A DNA stretch of 64,000 nt from Daphnia carinata (GCF_022539665.2 NC_081331.1:2542001-2606000); one strand, 5' to 3'; shown: positions 40,579 through 54,280, numbered from the stretch's first letter. Program-made: numbers and translations. Notes: generated by a model from the letters alone, not told the origin.

Positions 40579-42674
40579 TTGCGGGAACATCATTATTGTT
40601 TATCATGTATACCATATACGCATTTTTAGTAGGATGGAATGATGTTTTTGTATTCTTATCTCATTCGCCGCAATGCACGTCAAAGTAGACTAACTCCATT
40701 TTCATTATCATTGACATAGCCTGTAAAGCCAAACAACAAAGAAGTGCATATAGCTCACAGCAGGCCTGGAGTCAATACATTCTATAATTTTCACGTTGTG
40801 TCCAGTTTTGAATATGTATACCTCTAACATACAGAAACTTTATTTCACCACCATTTTCCCTGTGCCGATTTAAATACTATAAGGTATCTGAGAAGACAAA
40901 TTGCATACAGGAAAATAATTAGTCGATTGCTCCGAAATTTCCTGTTACGGAAACCTCTATTTTGTTTCCTCTGTAAATGGCTGCAAGAATTAGCCAAGAC
41001 CATCGGTTCTTACCAGGAAAGAAGAATAAAATATCTCAACATTTTTTACCGTATTTTTTAGGCTGACGCATCTAATTGCATTACAGCTCCAAGGTGTAGG
41101 AGACTTTGACTTGTGGACATCTTTCGTACCTTCAGTTGCTGTTACGCTTGTTCCATTGTGTTTTCCTTCAATCAGCCGTCGGGAATTTACGATCTTTCCT
41201 GCTTTTATCGTTATTATCAAAAAGAATTTTTCTTTGAAAATCTTGGCATTGCGCAGCAGTTTTCCCGAAATGGAATACTGAACATTAGCTGAAACATGGT
41301 ATGCTGAAAGACGACGAAAAAGGGAAGTTGCAAAAATAATGCCGCATAGATCTAAAAGGTGCAAGGAGCAAAGCCAAAACAAAAAACTTTGGGTACTAGT
41401 AACATCGAACGTTCGCGTAACAGGTTAGCGACAAATAACCGCAGATAACTAATAAAGTACAATGTCGAAGTCTTCGATCTGTTCGAACGGCAGCAGCTTT
41501 ATTCTTCCTTGTTTAATAAGCACCAGATGCCAATGGGCTTCTTCTCTATATGCAGAATTCAGCCTACGTGCTTCAATGCTGACATATTGTAATTCGGTCA
41601 CACGTCAGTATCCCGTTATGTTACGGGAATATACAAAAAAGGAAGGAAACGAACGTATCATGCTAAAAAGTCTTCCTTATAATCATACAGAGAAACTAGA
41701 TGCTACCAAACTGTTCCCGAAATAAATATCAAGTAAATTCCATGTCACTGTGGATGGTGAACCCGTTAGCGAATGATTGAACATCATACTGTTTGATTCA
41801 TTTGAACTGATGTTAGATGTTGGCATATTTAAGACTACTAATTTTGAAATCATAACAATTTAAACTATTCGAAAGCCACAAAAAAGTCTATTTCTTTCTT
41901 ACATCATGATGTAACTAGCAGGCATTGTCCGCCGTTTCTATCGTATTGTCATTCGTATCGAGCGGAAGCAATTAGTTGTTGCCGTACACTCAGAAGCGAA
42001 GCAACAATGTGTTTTGACGTGCGCTACGTTGCATAACAAGGGAAATGATGCTACCTGGAATGTTTCTTTTTACCGTTTAATATTTCGCTACGTGCCAATA
42101 GCCCGTACTGTGACACACTAGTCTAATGCAGCATATTGAAACAGATTTCACGCCGAGTACTTAACGATTTCCTTTTCCCGTCACGTTACTACCGAAGCTC
42201 TGCTAAGTTGTTAGCATAGATATGCCCAAAAAAGTGAACACACATATTTGACGGACGCTAGAAGAATCTAACGGAAGGGAAAGCGTTGCAAACAAAGAGA
42301 GATCTGTCTCGCATGGACACCATCAACCTTGGACGGATCCGCATCCTTTCGCTGACGTTCATATTATACGCATAAGTTAAACTTTACTCTTTTCATTCGA
42401 TAATCTCTGGATTAAAAGTATACTGAAAAGTTTCTAATGTGTCAGCGAGAAAACTGCTTGCACTATTGCACATAAGACAATGATACGGTGGTTGAATTTC
42501 TATTGTTCGCTCCTTCCTCCGGCGTCCGGATGGACGCATAGAGTTTGAAACTCACGAAGGGCGTCAATAATACCTAGTATATATGATGCCAGGTGTTGTG
42601 TAGAGGTTTTTGACGGCAAAAAAGTATGTAGAAAATACATCAAGACAGAAAGAAGGAAAAAGGAAGACGTGCGA

Positions 42675-42713
42675 TATAAAAAGTCGACTGTCGCGCCTTA
42701 GTTGTATGCATTC
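42675..42713 (+). promoter_or_regulatory. Candidate TATA core promoter of gene 3
   Basis: TATAAAAA at 42675, with Inr-like TTAGTT (42698) and GCATTC (42708) downstream. A 5' UTR intron acceptor ttttag ends at 43001, just before the ATG at 43006. Confidence 0.4.
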
Positions 42714-43005
42714 ACTTATACAGCGTCGTCCTGTTGCTTCCTCAACTCTCTTTGTCAGTGAAATATTGTTCTTTCTTCAAATTGAATTTATTTCTCCCGA
42801 GTGCAAAACTGAATTCTGTTTTTGACACGTCATTACTCTGACGTCCACAAAAGCAAACAGCCAAGAAGCTTCGAAAACGTGTAACCGGACCATTTGCACT
42901 GCTCAACGCGTAGAAATTTAGCTAAGTTTCAGGGTGGGTGTCCAACTTTCGACATAGGAGAAAATGCTATCCTTATTAATCTTTTGAAAATTAATTTTTA
43001 GGAAA

Positions 43006-44070
43006 ATGACAAACCAGGTTTTCATTGTGACCATGTTTTTGTTGGCTTTGGCGGCCAGAGCCATGAGTGCTTCCTTGTTGCACCAGTCCAGCATCGAAGA
43101 CGACAACGAAATCGATCACATGGAGTTGGCGAAGGCTGGCGATAAGATAACCATGCTGGAGATGACCAAAGCCCTCCTTCTGGAACAAGTAGCTCGGGCC
43201 ACATCAACTAGCGAAGTGTTGACACTCAACATTACGAATTTGGTTGTCCTGCTGGTCATCAAAGCCATTATTTTTGGCTTTGGATTTCTGGGCAGTTTTG
43301 GACGTCGGTCATCACCGCCTTCATTCGCCGAGTTTCTCATCGATCGAAATGATGTCATGATGGTGATGAGCTACGCGTTGGGTTCTGCCACTGAAGACTA
43401 CAACTGCCTCTACCAAACGGCATGTGACGAGCCAGAGTCCGCTCAGAGATACATGTCTGCTATCAAGATGCTTGTGAAAGGCGCAAAGATGTTCAAAAAG
43501 TAGGTTGATATGACAGAATATCCATGTCAATGGTTGCTTTATCCCCCATCGTTCCAGGTATGGTAAGTAAAAAGATATGGGGAAAGTATTAGACAAAAAA
43601 AATGGCGAAATACTTGCTGAACAGGGTACGTCTGTCTTAAGTGACATTCCGTTGTATTAAGTAATCGTTCTTCTGTGCATGGCGGAAGAAAACCATAAGG
43701 AAAATGAGGCCAGACATTACTGAAGGACAAGGATTTCCTATCTCAGCCAAAAGTCATGCAGAGTAGAAATTTTGGGGAAAAAAAGGGAATGTTCTTGTGG
43801 CGAGAAGTTTTATCTTCCATTACGTGTACCGGTAGTGTTGTCAATACTCGTGCATTTACGACTGACAATAATCTATTGTGGTCAAAGTTGTAATCAGAGA
43901 AAGCTCCAAGAATGAAAAAAAATGCAATAATCATGTTATTTTTCTTCCCTAGTGACATTAGCTTCAAACCTGATTTCGAAGATGTCATCTACGGTGTGGA
44001 AGAAGCCATCGAGTTCCGTAAAAGTGGTGGTCTCTGCCGCAAACAATATGTCTGCAAACCGATGGAATGA
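43006..44070 (+). CDS. Small secreted/membrane protein with C-terminal DM4/DM12-like four-Cys module (cluster gene 3, ~203 aa)
   Basis: Signal peptide, hydrophobic segment LTLNITNLVVLLVIKAIIFGFGFLG, basic site GRRS, then CLYQTAC. Exon 43006-43499 (AA|gtaggt) joins exon 43953-44070 (ccctag|T), giving NDISFKPDFEDVIYGVEEAIEFRKSGGLCRKQYVCKPME*. Confidence 0.85.
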
Positions 44071-44737
44071 ATTTAACTTTCTGCGCATCACGCACAACAA
44101 TCTATCGCTTCTGGCTAAACCTAGTTCTGGACTCAATCGTTTTCTCTATTCGTTATTTATCGTCTTTACTAACTTTGGTAAACATATAAGCTAACAATCC
44201 CAACTCTATCGATCTTCGGTCTTCCCACGTTCGTCCAGTTTGAATCGATCAGAGTTGGGATTGATACCTGATTTACAACTTTAAACTGCTTTGATTCCTT
44301 TCTTTGTATGCCTAAGAACATTTTGGCTTTGAGGCCATCACTTTCTTGTGACACCCAAACTATTGACAGAGCAGAGCATTTATAGATGTTTAGAACAACC
44401 ACTATATGATAATCGTGTACATAGGAGACTCCCGTTTATTTCGCGCTGTATGTGATCGTGTGCCTTTCCCCAGAAAAACTGTACTTCAAGGTTAATTCAA
44501 TGACAATGAAAATAAAGCTATTAGGTCCCCTATGATCAAGGCTGAAAATACTGAAACAACTACATAACGCCATTTGACCCACCCTTTTTTATTATTTTAT
44601 AGACAACTTTTATTTTCTCGTTTACCATTTCTTTTAGCCATTTTAGAGAGATCCAGTATCACCATTGATAACAATCCATCTTCCAATAACTAAAAACATT
44701 AATTCAACAATCCAATAACTACTATGATATCGCTGTA

Positions 44738-46767
44738 TTGCACTATAACTACTTTGATTGCGCATAATTTAAAAACTTCATAGATTACGTGAAAACGAAC
44801 GTGCTAGTTAGAATTAACGTTCAATTTTGAGCCTTATGTGTGTATTTTTTCGAATTCTGAGAAGATTCGATTTTTGATGATTTTCGTAAAAATGAGAAGG
44901 CTATAGCCTTCTCACTTTTTCAATTTTCGTCAAATTCTAAATTTAGTTTAAATTACATTATTCCGATTCGAAATTGATCGCTGATCATGAAAATCGGGTT
45001 TATTTTGACATTGGCCTTTTAAAAAATGAAGAAAACCGAAGAAAATGACCGTGGGAATTTTGCCTCAAAAACCTGCAAAAACTGGCAGTCACTGGAATTG
45101 GTTGAAAATCACAGGGTATACTTCAAATTGAATGCTGATTCCGAGAAAATTACAATTTTTTTCATTACGTCAACCGTTTTGGAAATACACAAAATCGAAG
45201 AACTTACTAGCGCGCCAGTACGTTACAGCACTAGCGCGATACATAAAAGTTCTTGGTTTTTTCTTAAATAATCAAAAAGTAGGGATGAATGCACGTGATT
45301 TAGACTCAACATTTAACGAGAACCCCTAAAATTAACTTTGTTTTGGCGTGGAACTTATGGATTATGAGGAATCTAAAATATAAAATAATTGTGGTATAAA
45401 TTTGAAACCCGACAATATAAGCCCTCCTTTTAAAATTTTTGAAAACAACAATGGTCAACAATTTACGCGATTTAGATTCAAAATTTTACGAGAATAATGA
45501 AAGTGATTTTTAATTTGGCGTGAAATTAATGGTTTTTGGGTAATCTAAAATATTAATGTAGTTGCGATATAACAATTTTGATTGCGCGTAATTCAAAAAT
45601 TTCATAGGTAACGGGAAAACTAATCTACCAGTTAGAATCAGTGTACGATTTTGAGCATAATGTGTGTTTTTTTTATTGTATTTTGAGAGATGCCGCTTTT
45701 TGATGATTTTCGTAAAAATGAGAAGGCTATAGCCTTCTCACTTTTTCAATTTTCATCAAATTCTAGATTTCGTTGAAAATACTGTATTCCGATTCGAAAT
45801 TGATCGCTGATCACGAAAATTGGGTATATTCTTATGCTGGGCTTAGAGATTTTGAATCAACCGTAAAAAACTAAAAGTCGGGCTTATTTTGTTGGGCTAA
45901 TTTTGCCGGGCTTAAAATTTTGTCCTATTAAAAAATAATATCATTAAATCTAGATAACTCTATATGATTCTGATTCAAAATTTAACAAGGAACATGATAA
46001 TGAAATTGTTGTTACGTAGAGTTTATAGTTTTTGAATAATCAAAGAAGTTTGATGTGTCACGCTAGCGCTGTAGCGTACTGGCGTGCTAGTAATGATTCG
46101 CACCCAATTATATATTTTAGATTGCTCAAAAACTCTAAGCTCTACATAAAAACAACTTCCATTTTCGTGTCCCTTGGTTAACTTTAAATCAAAAGCATAT
46201 ATAATTATCTCTATTTAGTGATATTATTTTTTAATAGGAAAAAAATTTTAGCCCGACAAAATAAGCCCAGCCTTCTGTTTTTTTTTTGTTTAATTCAAAA
46301 ACTATAAGGCCAATTAAAAAATAAACTTTATTTTCGTGATTAGCATTCCATTCTGCATCGAAATCATGTATTTTAAGCGAAATTTGAAATTTGGCCAAAA
46401 ATGAAAAAGTAAGAAGGCTATAGCCTTCTCACTTTTTCAATTTTCGTCAAATTCTAAGTTTCATTAAAAATACATTATTGCGATTCGAAATTGATCGCTG
46501 ATCACAAAAATCGGGTTTATTTTGACATTTGCCTTAACAAAATGAAGAAAGCCGAAGGAAATGACCGTGGGAATTTTGCCTCAAAAACCTGCAAAAACTG
46601 ACGGTCATTGGAATTGGTTGAATACCACAGAATATAGTTAAAATTGAATGCTTAATCCTAGAAATTGCTTTTATTTATTGAACCAACCGTTTTGGAAATA
46701 CATCGCATCTAAGATCTTGCTAGCGCGCCAGTTCGCTACAGCTCTAGCCTAATACATCAAAGTTCTT
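44738..46767. repeat. Complex palindromic/foldback repeat array, possibly abutting MITE-like non-autonomous elements
   Basis: The 22-bp palindrome TGAGAAGGCTATAGCCTTCTCA occurs at 44893-44914 and 45719-45740, with a variant centred at 46420/46421. Segment ~44750-44914 repeats at ~45580-45740, and ~44915-45255 repeats at ~46431-46767. Segment 45730-46420 is an imperfect inverted repeat. No transposase ORF is present. Confidence 0.85.
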
Positions 46768-47607
46768 CCAGGCATTCACTTACTAATGTCCGCTAATGTA
46801 ATCATAGACTATATTGCTCTTTGGGATCGTGTTAGAAATCGTGTGGACAATAAACTCAAACTCTAATAGGGATGCATGGAGGCAATGGTTAAGTGAATAA
46901 TTAAATCAATTTTGGTTTGAGATCAATGCTAATCAAGTTTTTGAATGAGATATTTCTTCTGCAAGAAGATCAAAGTGTATTTTAGTTCAACTTGAAAAAA
47001 GGAGAGGTAAAGAGTTGAATATAAAGGAGAAGGGTCAGGTTAAAAAAAAATCTTTATTTTGAAAAAGAAAAATTTGAAGTCATGAAGGACGGGATAGAAA
47101 ATTCCATACACCGACTATTTTTTTTTTTATAACACTCAAAAAAGCCAACCAGGTCAAAGCGGGCGTGAAGATAGGAAAGGATCAACTGGTTTCATGGTGA
47201 TCAGGAAAAATAATTATAAATTTCAATTTGAAATACACAACAGAAAAAGGAAGTACAGCAAATGCAGGCAAACATTACTTAAATGATAAAGTCAAAACTC
47301 GCTCTAGACACAACCTAGGGGACCAGACGCGCGCTCAAAAATAGAGTGGTTTCTTTCCGGGAAACCACCCGCAGACGATGGCCGCTTACAATAATAATAG
47401 CAATTCAAAAAAAATTATGATGATAATAATTCCGGGCGATCCGTCTGCTAGAACTAGTGGGCAAAAATGAACAACCCAATCAAAGTTATCTCATGCAACA
47501 CGAAGACGAGATATGACACGCAATAAAAAATTTTCTTGCTGAACCACGGAAAACTCTCGGTGCAACATTTGCCACGCACGAAAAATACCGATGGGCCTCA
47601 GTTTCAT

Positions 47608-48652
47608 CTATACGTCAACGACCATCTTTTTGTGCACGTCTGTGTTTCCAACCACCTGAATAAGATACAATTCACATTAAACCAGGTGACTGTTTCCCAT
47701 AACATAAATATTCGTAAGTAAAACGTAGTAATCAAGGCTTACAGCACAAAATTCTTCGAAAGAGATTTTTCCATCTTCGTCCTTGTCGGCGAAGAGAATA
47801 GTTTTATCAACTATCTGCTGCAACTGGGTATCCTTCAAATTGTTGCCCACCATCATTTTTAACACCTTTGAAGAAATTACATTGTAGTTTTTGTTACATG
47901 AAGAACGTATCATATATACTTGAAAGAGTTCACCGTTAGAAATGGCTCCATCATTGTCCATATCATATATACGAAAAGCAAAGCGCAGCTTTGATTCTTT
48001 ATCACCTTTTACACTGAATTGTGAGACACCTTGAATGAATTCTAATTTGAGAAAAATTATACATTTTAGTTAATTAGTGCTAAATTTATTCAATATCACA
48101 AAATTGTACCTTTAAAGTCTACTTCTCCATTTCCATCTTGATCGAATATATCAATTACTCGTTGAACTAGTGGATTTTGTTGAAGTTCAGGGAGAGACAT
48201 AAACTCATCCACACTGAGGGAACCAGAGTTGTCAAGATCTAACTTCCTAAAGCGCTTCCCCAGTCTTCGAATCTCATCGGCATCAACTAGGGAGTAATGA
48301 AACTTTTTAATTTTCCTCTAATCCCAATTTGACTACAACCCTACTACTTACAGTTTGAGCACATCTCCATAGGAAGAGAACTTTCATTGCCCTGTAATCA
48401 AACAATCACAACTATTTTAGCATAAAATTCTACGTGGTATATTAAAAGTATGTTTTAAATGCTGTATGATGTATAGAGAGAATGTAGTTATAATATTAAA
48501 GCTGGTTACAAGCAATGTTTATCTGCAAATAGACGTAAAAGTCTAGCAGAAGTCCGTATTAACAGACCAGGAGAAAAGAAACATTCGTGTTCTAGGACCC
48601 CTAATACTGTCGTTGAAGGCCATTAAACAAACCAGGAGGAAATTATTACCAT
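47608..48652 (-). CDS. CanB: Calcineurin regulatory subunit B (four EF-hands)
   Basis: Exons 48650-48652 (ATG only), 48352-48391, 48110-48286, 47920-48041, 47743-47865 and 47608-47655 give [105 protein letters not shown]...[15 protein letters not shown]. Confidence 0.97.
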
Positions 48653-49522
48653 TTTTCTTTGATTTCAAGTGGCGATCTGCACAAATAGAATTGAAAATAC
48701 GACGGTAACTGAACCACTAGTGGATGCACTCGAGCTAGAAATCAACTGCAGGCTAAAATTTCTTCTTTTCGCACCGTTGTCAAATCTCGAATATCAGACT
48801 GTATACCCTTGCTGCGCGTGGCCAGCGCTCGCCGCTCTTATCTTCTTATGCTAGGTAGAGAAAGGAGGGGAGTACGCAAGTATTGATTCACTCCCGACTC
48901 CCGAGCTAAAGAAACTCAGGATATTGGTGCCCCCGCATTAGACCATGCGGGAGACTACGTACGAAAGGTCTTTGTTTCACACTCATGCAGGCAATTATGG
49001 CTGCCAGAACGCCCAGAAATGTTAACACGGTTTGTGATGACAAAAGGTTTCTTGACAAGTTGTTGGAAAAAGGAAACAGTCAAACGTTTTTCACTATGCA
49101 AACGATGTATTGTTAAACAATAGGCTTTCTACAGATATAACTTATTAGAATTATCAGCACCAAATTTCAACCAAACTCAAATAAAGAGACCAGAATTATC
49201 GACAGGGATAGCTTTAGCTAAAAGCTAGGCTCATTCATTGTCAAAACGAACTCTTACTCCATGTCTCTAACCAAATTCAATCATCACAATGAGTATTATA
49301 AACTCTGCCTCTCTTTTGGCGATATCAGGGATGGAAATCAAATTCCATTTGCATGGTGTGTTGGAACAACTATAGTACTAGGCTTTGTTGACATGTTGGC
49401 GGAGTAGAAGTATTAGGTATTTCACGACCAAGTAGGAAAACTGGCTAATCGATACCTGGTTGAGGCAAAAAAAAAAACCGTTCAAACGTTCATGCAAGTA
49501 AGAAGTGCCTCAAATGGTATTA

Positions 49523-52500
49523 TTATTGTCTTGGGCTGCGCTGCGAAGTGAGTGATCCACCTGTAAATCTGATTGGAAGGTGGATTTCTTCCTCCTCATC
49601 TAGGTTACGGCGTTCACGATCAAGTGGTCTCGGATTAAAATTGCTGAAATGATCGGGTAATGGTGGTGGGGCAGGTGGGATAGCGGCATCGGCTGCTACT
49701 AGGGGACTGGGGTTTGACAAGGGTGCGTCTACAGGTACCTGAGGAGTTGAAGCCACCACCTCTTCAAATCCATTTCCATCCTCTTGAGCAGGACATTCAA
49801 AATGAACACAATGAAAAACCTAGTGGAAGTAGACAATAGAATTATGCAACGTTTTCAGCGATTCACTTGTGACAATCAAATTACATCGTTTGCCGTGTTT
49901 TGAGTTCCAACAATTCTTACGTATACAACCGGTTGTGGCACAAAGCTTATACTTTGCCATGATTGGCAAGGCTGACGACTCCTGTCACAAACCGTAATCC
50001 AGTCGCGATTATTTGTCGACACTTCAACATAAAAACTGTATCGACGATCATCGCAGTCCCAAAGCAAAAGCCTGAAAAAAAAAGTACTTTAATATCCAAT
50101 GCTTTTTCTTATAATTCTCCTTAAGCAGTTAACGTTTTTTACAAGAACTTAACTATTATAAAACAGTTTCGTTTTCAAACACTCCACGGTTTGGGTAATC
50201 ATTCTAAAAAAAAACAACTTAAACTTTAAAAAAAAACTATTATTTACATTCATCTTTTAACGACTAGACCCACATAAGTTTTCACGTGACACTTCGCAAC
50301 TCTAAAATCTTTTTAAAATTATGCAACGTACCTCATTGAGCTGACGATATATGGTTGGGCTAACTGAACGACAATTGCCCCTGATCCGAGCTGATGACAA
50401 GTATAGCCAGAATCCCAATCATAATTTTTTGTGTCTCCATTTAGCAGTGCGTTTCTGCTTCGACTTACACCTTCCACAACACATGCAGAAAGCTGGATTG
50501 TGGCAACATTATGTTTTGGCACTGAGAAAGGAAAACCCGTGCTGAATATCATAGGTAAACGTAGATTGTTAAAATTTTTCATTATTCTAAGTTACCTATG
50601 AGCTCTTTTTCTAATCGGACGACAACTGGTGAGTAGTATGCTTCAAGAGAAACAACATGGAACACTTTATTAACGGTGTTGTGGGTTCCTATCGTACAAA
50701 AAAGATAAAAAATTACAAGATTGTACTTTTCCCAATGTTAAAGGGTATCTTTACCAACTATCCTGATGAAGCGTACAACTCTCTGGGGGAAATAGACGCG
50801 CTGCCACGAGCGGCAATGATAGTTTGAGTAATCAACCACCCGTACCCAATCACGCTGATCCATGGAAACCTCGATGAAGTATGAATATGACCTTTTTACA
50901 ATAAATTTGAAGTATTACGCCTTAATGGTTTCTTAGAAGTTCTACCTCATATCTCTGTCCCACAGCAGGACTTTTATGTGGTTTATGATAGAAGGCTGTC
51001 CAAGTCGGACTACAATACCAGCGTTACCGTCTTCAATTGGATGTCGCGTGAAGCCCCGTTCCATATCATAATTAGTAGTTTCGCCATCTAAGAGGGCGGT
51101 GCGCATTTCGCCTTGCAAAACCTGGGCCCCGAGTCTTGAATGAGCTACGTTTACCTCAGGCACTACCAAACGGATAAAAAATTTGCAATATAATTTTTGG
51201 CGTATCTACTGAACTTGGTGATAATTATCATACTTAACTGGCCACGATAAGGGAGATCTGAATCGCGAGATTCAGTCCGAAATTTAAGTGCGTCAAGGAT
51301 AACATCACTGGATACTAAATGACTTGGCCGTACCTATGTGGTAATATCGATAAGTTCTCACTATAGAATTCCGTGGGATGTTATATTAAACGACGTACTT
51401 CATTTAAGAGTTCGGAGAGCGTGATTAGGGGTAATCTGACGGACTTCAGAACTGAATTTAGTTCATTAGATGTATCTTCTTTGACGATACAATCGTCATA
51501 GCTGTTGTGATGCCACCAGCGCAAAACGGCGCGAAAAATTTCTATTTCAGCGACACAGAAAGAATCACGCTGAAGAAGATCACAGAGCGTTCCCTTAAGT
51601 ACAGAATAGACATTAATAGCTTGGGCAAAAAGGGAAACGAAAACTAACTTACTGGAGATAACTGAAGAAACGCTTCGCTTTGGAGAATATCCGTTGCATG
51701 TTTATCTGCATATTGCCTGCATGCTTCCATAAGAGCGCGTAATTGGTATAAGTTGGCGACGTCGTATACCAAACACATATTGGTTTGACTAAGAATAGAT
51801 TTTAAGTAGTCGGAAACAGACTGCTCTAATTCCGGAAAAGCATACTATTCAAGTTGGAGAAATTAATATTAAAATATAACGTTGAGGCCCTTCTAACGTT
51901 TTGTTATACCTGATGTGCTAGACCCAACAGGTCCTTCACCAGTTCCTCCTAGATATAAGAATATAAATGTGTACTTCTAGAAAAATCATCATTTTCACCA
52001 AATATCGGTTACATACCTTCATATTGCTAAGACTGACATATCCTGTGTAGACATACTTGAGGAGAACATGGAAAGCAGCAGCACTAATACCCTTTAACTC
52101 AATCTCACTTTTTTGGCTTTCCAATAAGCCACCAAAAAGCAAAGCTCTATGGACGTATAAAATTTAAACATAAACAGTAGTTCCGATAAACACGAAGTCA
52201 AGAACATTATCCATCCCTTACACACATGTAAGTAAGTCAACATTAGTACTGATGTTATTTGGTTTGATTGCTAATTTTCAGTAATATTTCTCACTTCATG
52301 AAAGATCATATGGGTGAATCAAAACAAAGTTCCCAGATCATACACAATGCATTACAAAACATTCTTTAAAATGCCTGAATACATGAGTTGTATACCTGAA
52401 ATATTCACTTCTTGATGCCAAGATGATCTTATGGGCAGGAATTCTCTGGTTTTCAACAATAAGAGTAATATCCTGGTAATTGTCACTCAGAAGAAGAGTA

Positions 52501-52589
52501 TTCAGGTTGTCTGACAATGATCGGACATGATCAACTTCCCCTAATCCAAGTGGTGGGGCAACAAGACCTAGTTGCTGTTGGCTGCTCAT
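49523..52589 (-). CDS. BTBD9: BTB/POZ domain-containing protein 9 (BTB, BACK and two discoidin-like domains)
   Basis: About 12 short exons. Contains BTB motif IPAHKIILASRSEYFRALLFGGLLES, plus LLDGETTNYDMERGFTRH, LLWDRDMRSYSYFIEVSMDQRDW, EGVSRSRNALLNGDTKNYDWDSGYTCHQLGSG and IVGTQNTANDVFHCVHFECP. Confidence 0.95.
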
Positions 52590-53310
52590 ATCTGAAATCT
52601 AACAGATGAGAAAATTATTAGATAAATTTCATGTCCACCGTTCCTATCAAAGAAAAAACACTGTAAAATATGAATAATAAAAAATAAAAAGATGAAATTT
52701 CATTCCTTTGCCAACTAACCGAATTTATTTTATTGAATAAAAACTAGGTATTGTGGAAATTATAGTAAACAAGGATGTTTCTAAGGGTCGTTTTCCTGTA
52801 TAATTTAAAGACCCAAAGTGATATTCTGGGAATTTGTCTTTTTGAATATGGCACCTTGAATGGGAACAGCCAAAAATAGCAGAGACGATAACAAACGATG
52901 TATTTCTCCACAGAGGAATACGTGTACCTATTAGGTATACTTAATAATTATGCCAAGCTAACGACGGCTCTTACCGTATTTTATGCAGTTTGCATCAAGT
53001 TTATTTCTCCATAATAACACCACATCACTTGAAATTATTATTGTTCCCTTCTACTTTACAAAACTGCGATCTATTTTTTGCGATCTGAATACGAAAAGCG
53101 TCGACAGATTTTGCTTCTATTTTTCTAAAATAGGTGTACTGCTGCTGTCTACTTATGGGTCTTCTCGCTAGATGTCCCGTTTGACAAATGATGCAGGGTT
53201 GCAGACGTCAAACTTTGCGTACTTGCAATTACAGCACGTTTTACATGTTGACCGATTCACACAAATTGGGAAAATATCAACATTAATCAAATCAGAAAGC
53301 AAAAAACATT

Positions 53311-54154
53311 ATGAGTTCTCAGCGTGGTAATGTGTCTAGAACCAGGAAACAAAAGCATACAAACTCTATTAGTTATAAAAATAATAAGCATGGTGAAACA
53401 CCTAAAACTAAAGCTTTGAATAGTTTGCAGGTATTAAACGTGAAGCCTGTATCTTGAACATTAAAAGTTACTAAATCTCAATAGATATGCAACGTCTGTG
53501 CCCACTGCAAGGATGTACTTGAATGGAAGATCAAGTATAACAAGTACAAGATGCTAAGTGCACCCGCCAAATGCACCAAGTGCTTAGAAAAAACAGTTAA
53601 GCAGGCATATTCCATTCTCTGTCAGCCATGTGCAGAAAAAGAAGAGGTTCAAAGTGGCAATGTGTTATTTGGAGATATTTATAAATAGTCTTGTATGGTA
53701 TAGTTGTGTGCCAAATGTGGGAAAAAAGAAGAAATTGTGTGTCGACCAGAACCCACTGTAGCTGAAAAAGCACAAATGGAAGCAAAGTTCCAAATGGAAC
53801 TAAAATCCTTGAGTGAAAGAAAACGTCGAACATTCTTGAGATATCTTGACAGACTTGGTAAAGCCAAGGATGAAGGTTTGTTTTCAAATTCAAATTATGA
53901 TATTGATGATCATCAAATTGATATGCAAATTATTAACATAAACCATGTTATTTACTTTTGTAGATGATGGTGAGATAGAGTCAGGAGAAACAAAACGAAA
54001 ACCCACTAACTGGATGGAGGAAGCTGAAAAACGCCTAGAACTCTTGAAGCTTCGGGTAGAAAAAGATGGAGAGGAGGATGATGACAAAGATGATGATGAT
54101 TGGGATGATTTTGGTAGTGCAGATGAAGACTTAAGTGATACAGAAAGTTCATAA
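53311..54154 (+). CDS. C9orf85: C9orf85 homolog (DUF2039 Cys-rich protein)
   Basis: Exons 53311-53430, 53485-53646, 53704-53875 and 53964-54154 give MSSQRGNVSRTRKQKHTN...VCAHCKDVLEWKIKYNKYKML...CTKCLEKTVKQAY...LCAKCGK...LSERKRRTFLR and an acidic tail. Confidence 0.92.
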
Positions 54155-54280
54155 CAATACATTTAGTGGATAGATGATGAATTGAATGAAAGGGTGGTTA
54201 ACTCTACTTACTTAATAGTTTTTGTACCCTACTGATCTGAGAATCACAGCTTTTGTATTTTGCCTCGTACCAACTTAAAT

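Noticed and set aside
44893..46440. Recurring palindrome as a CRISPR-like repeat
   Set aside because: Eukaryotic context, spacers of ~700-800 bp that are themselves repeated, and no cas genes.
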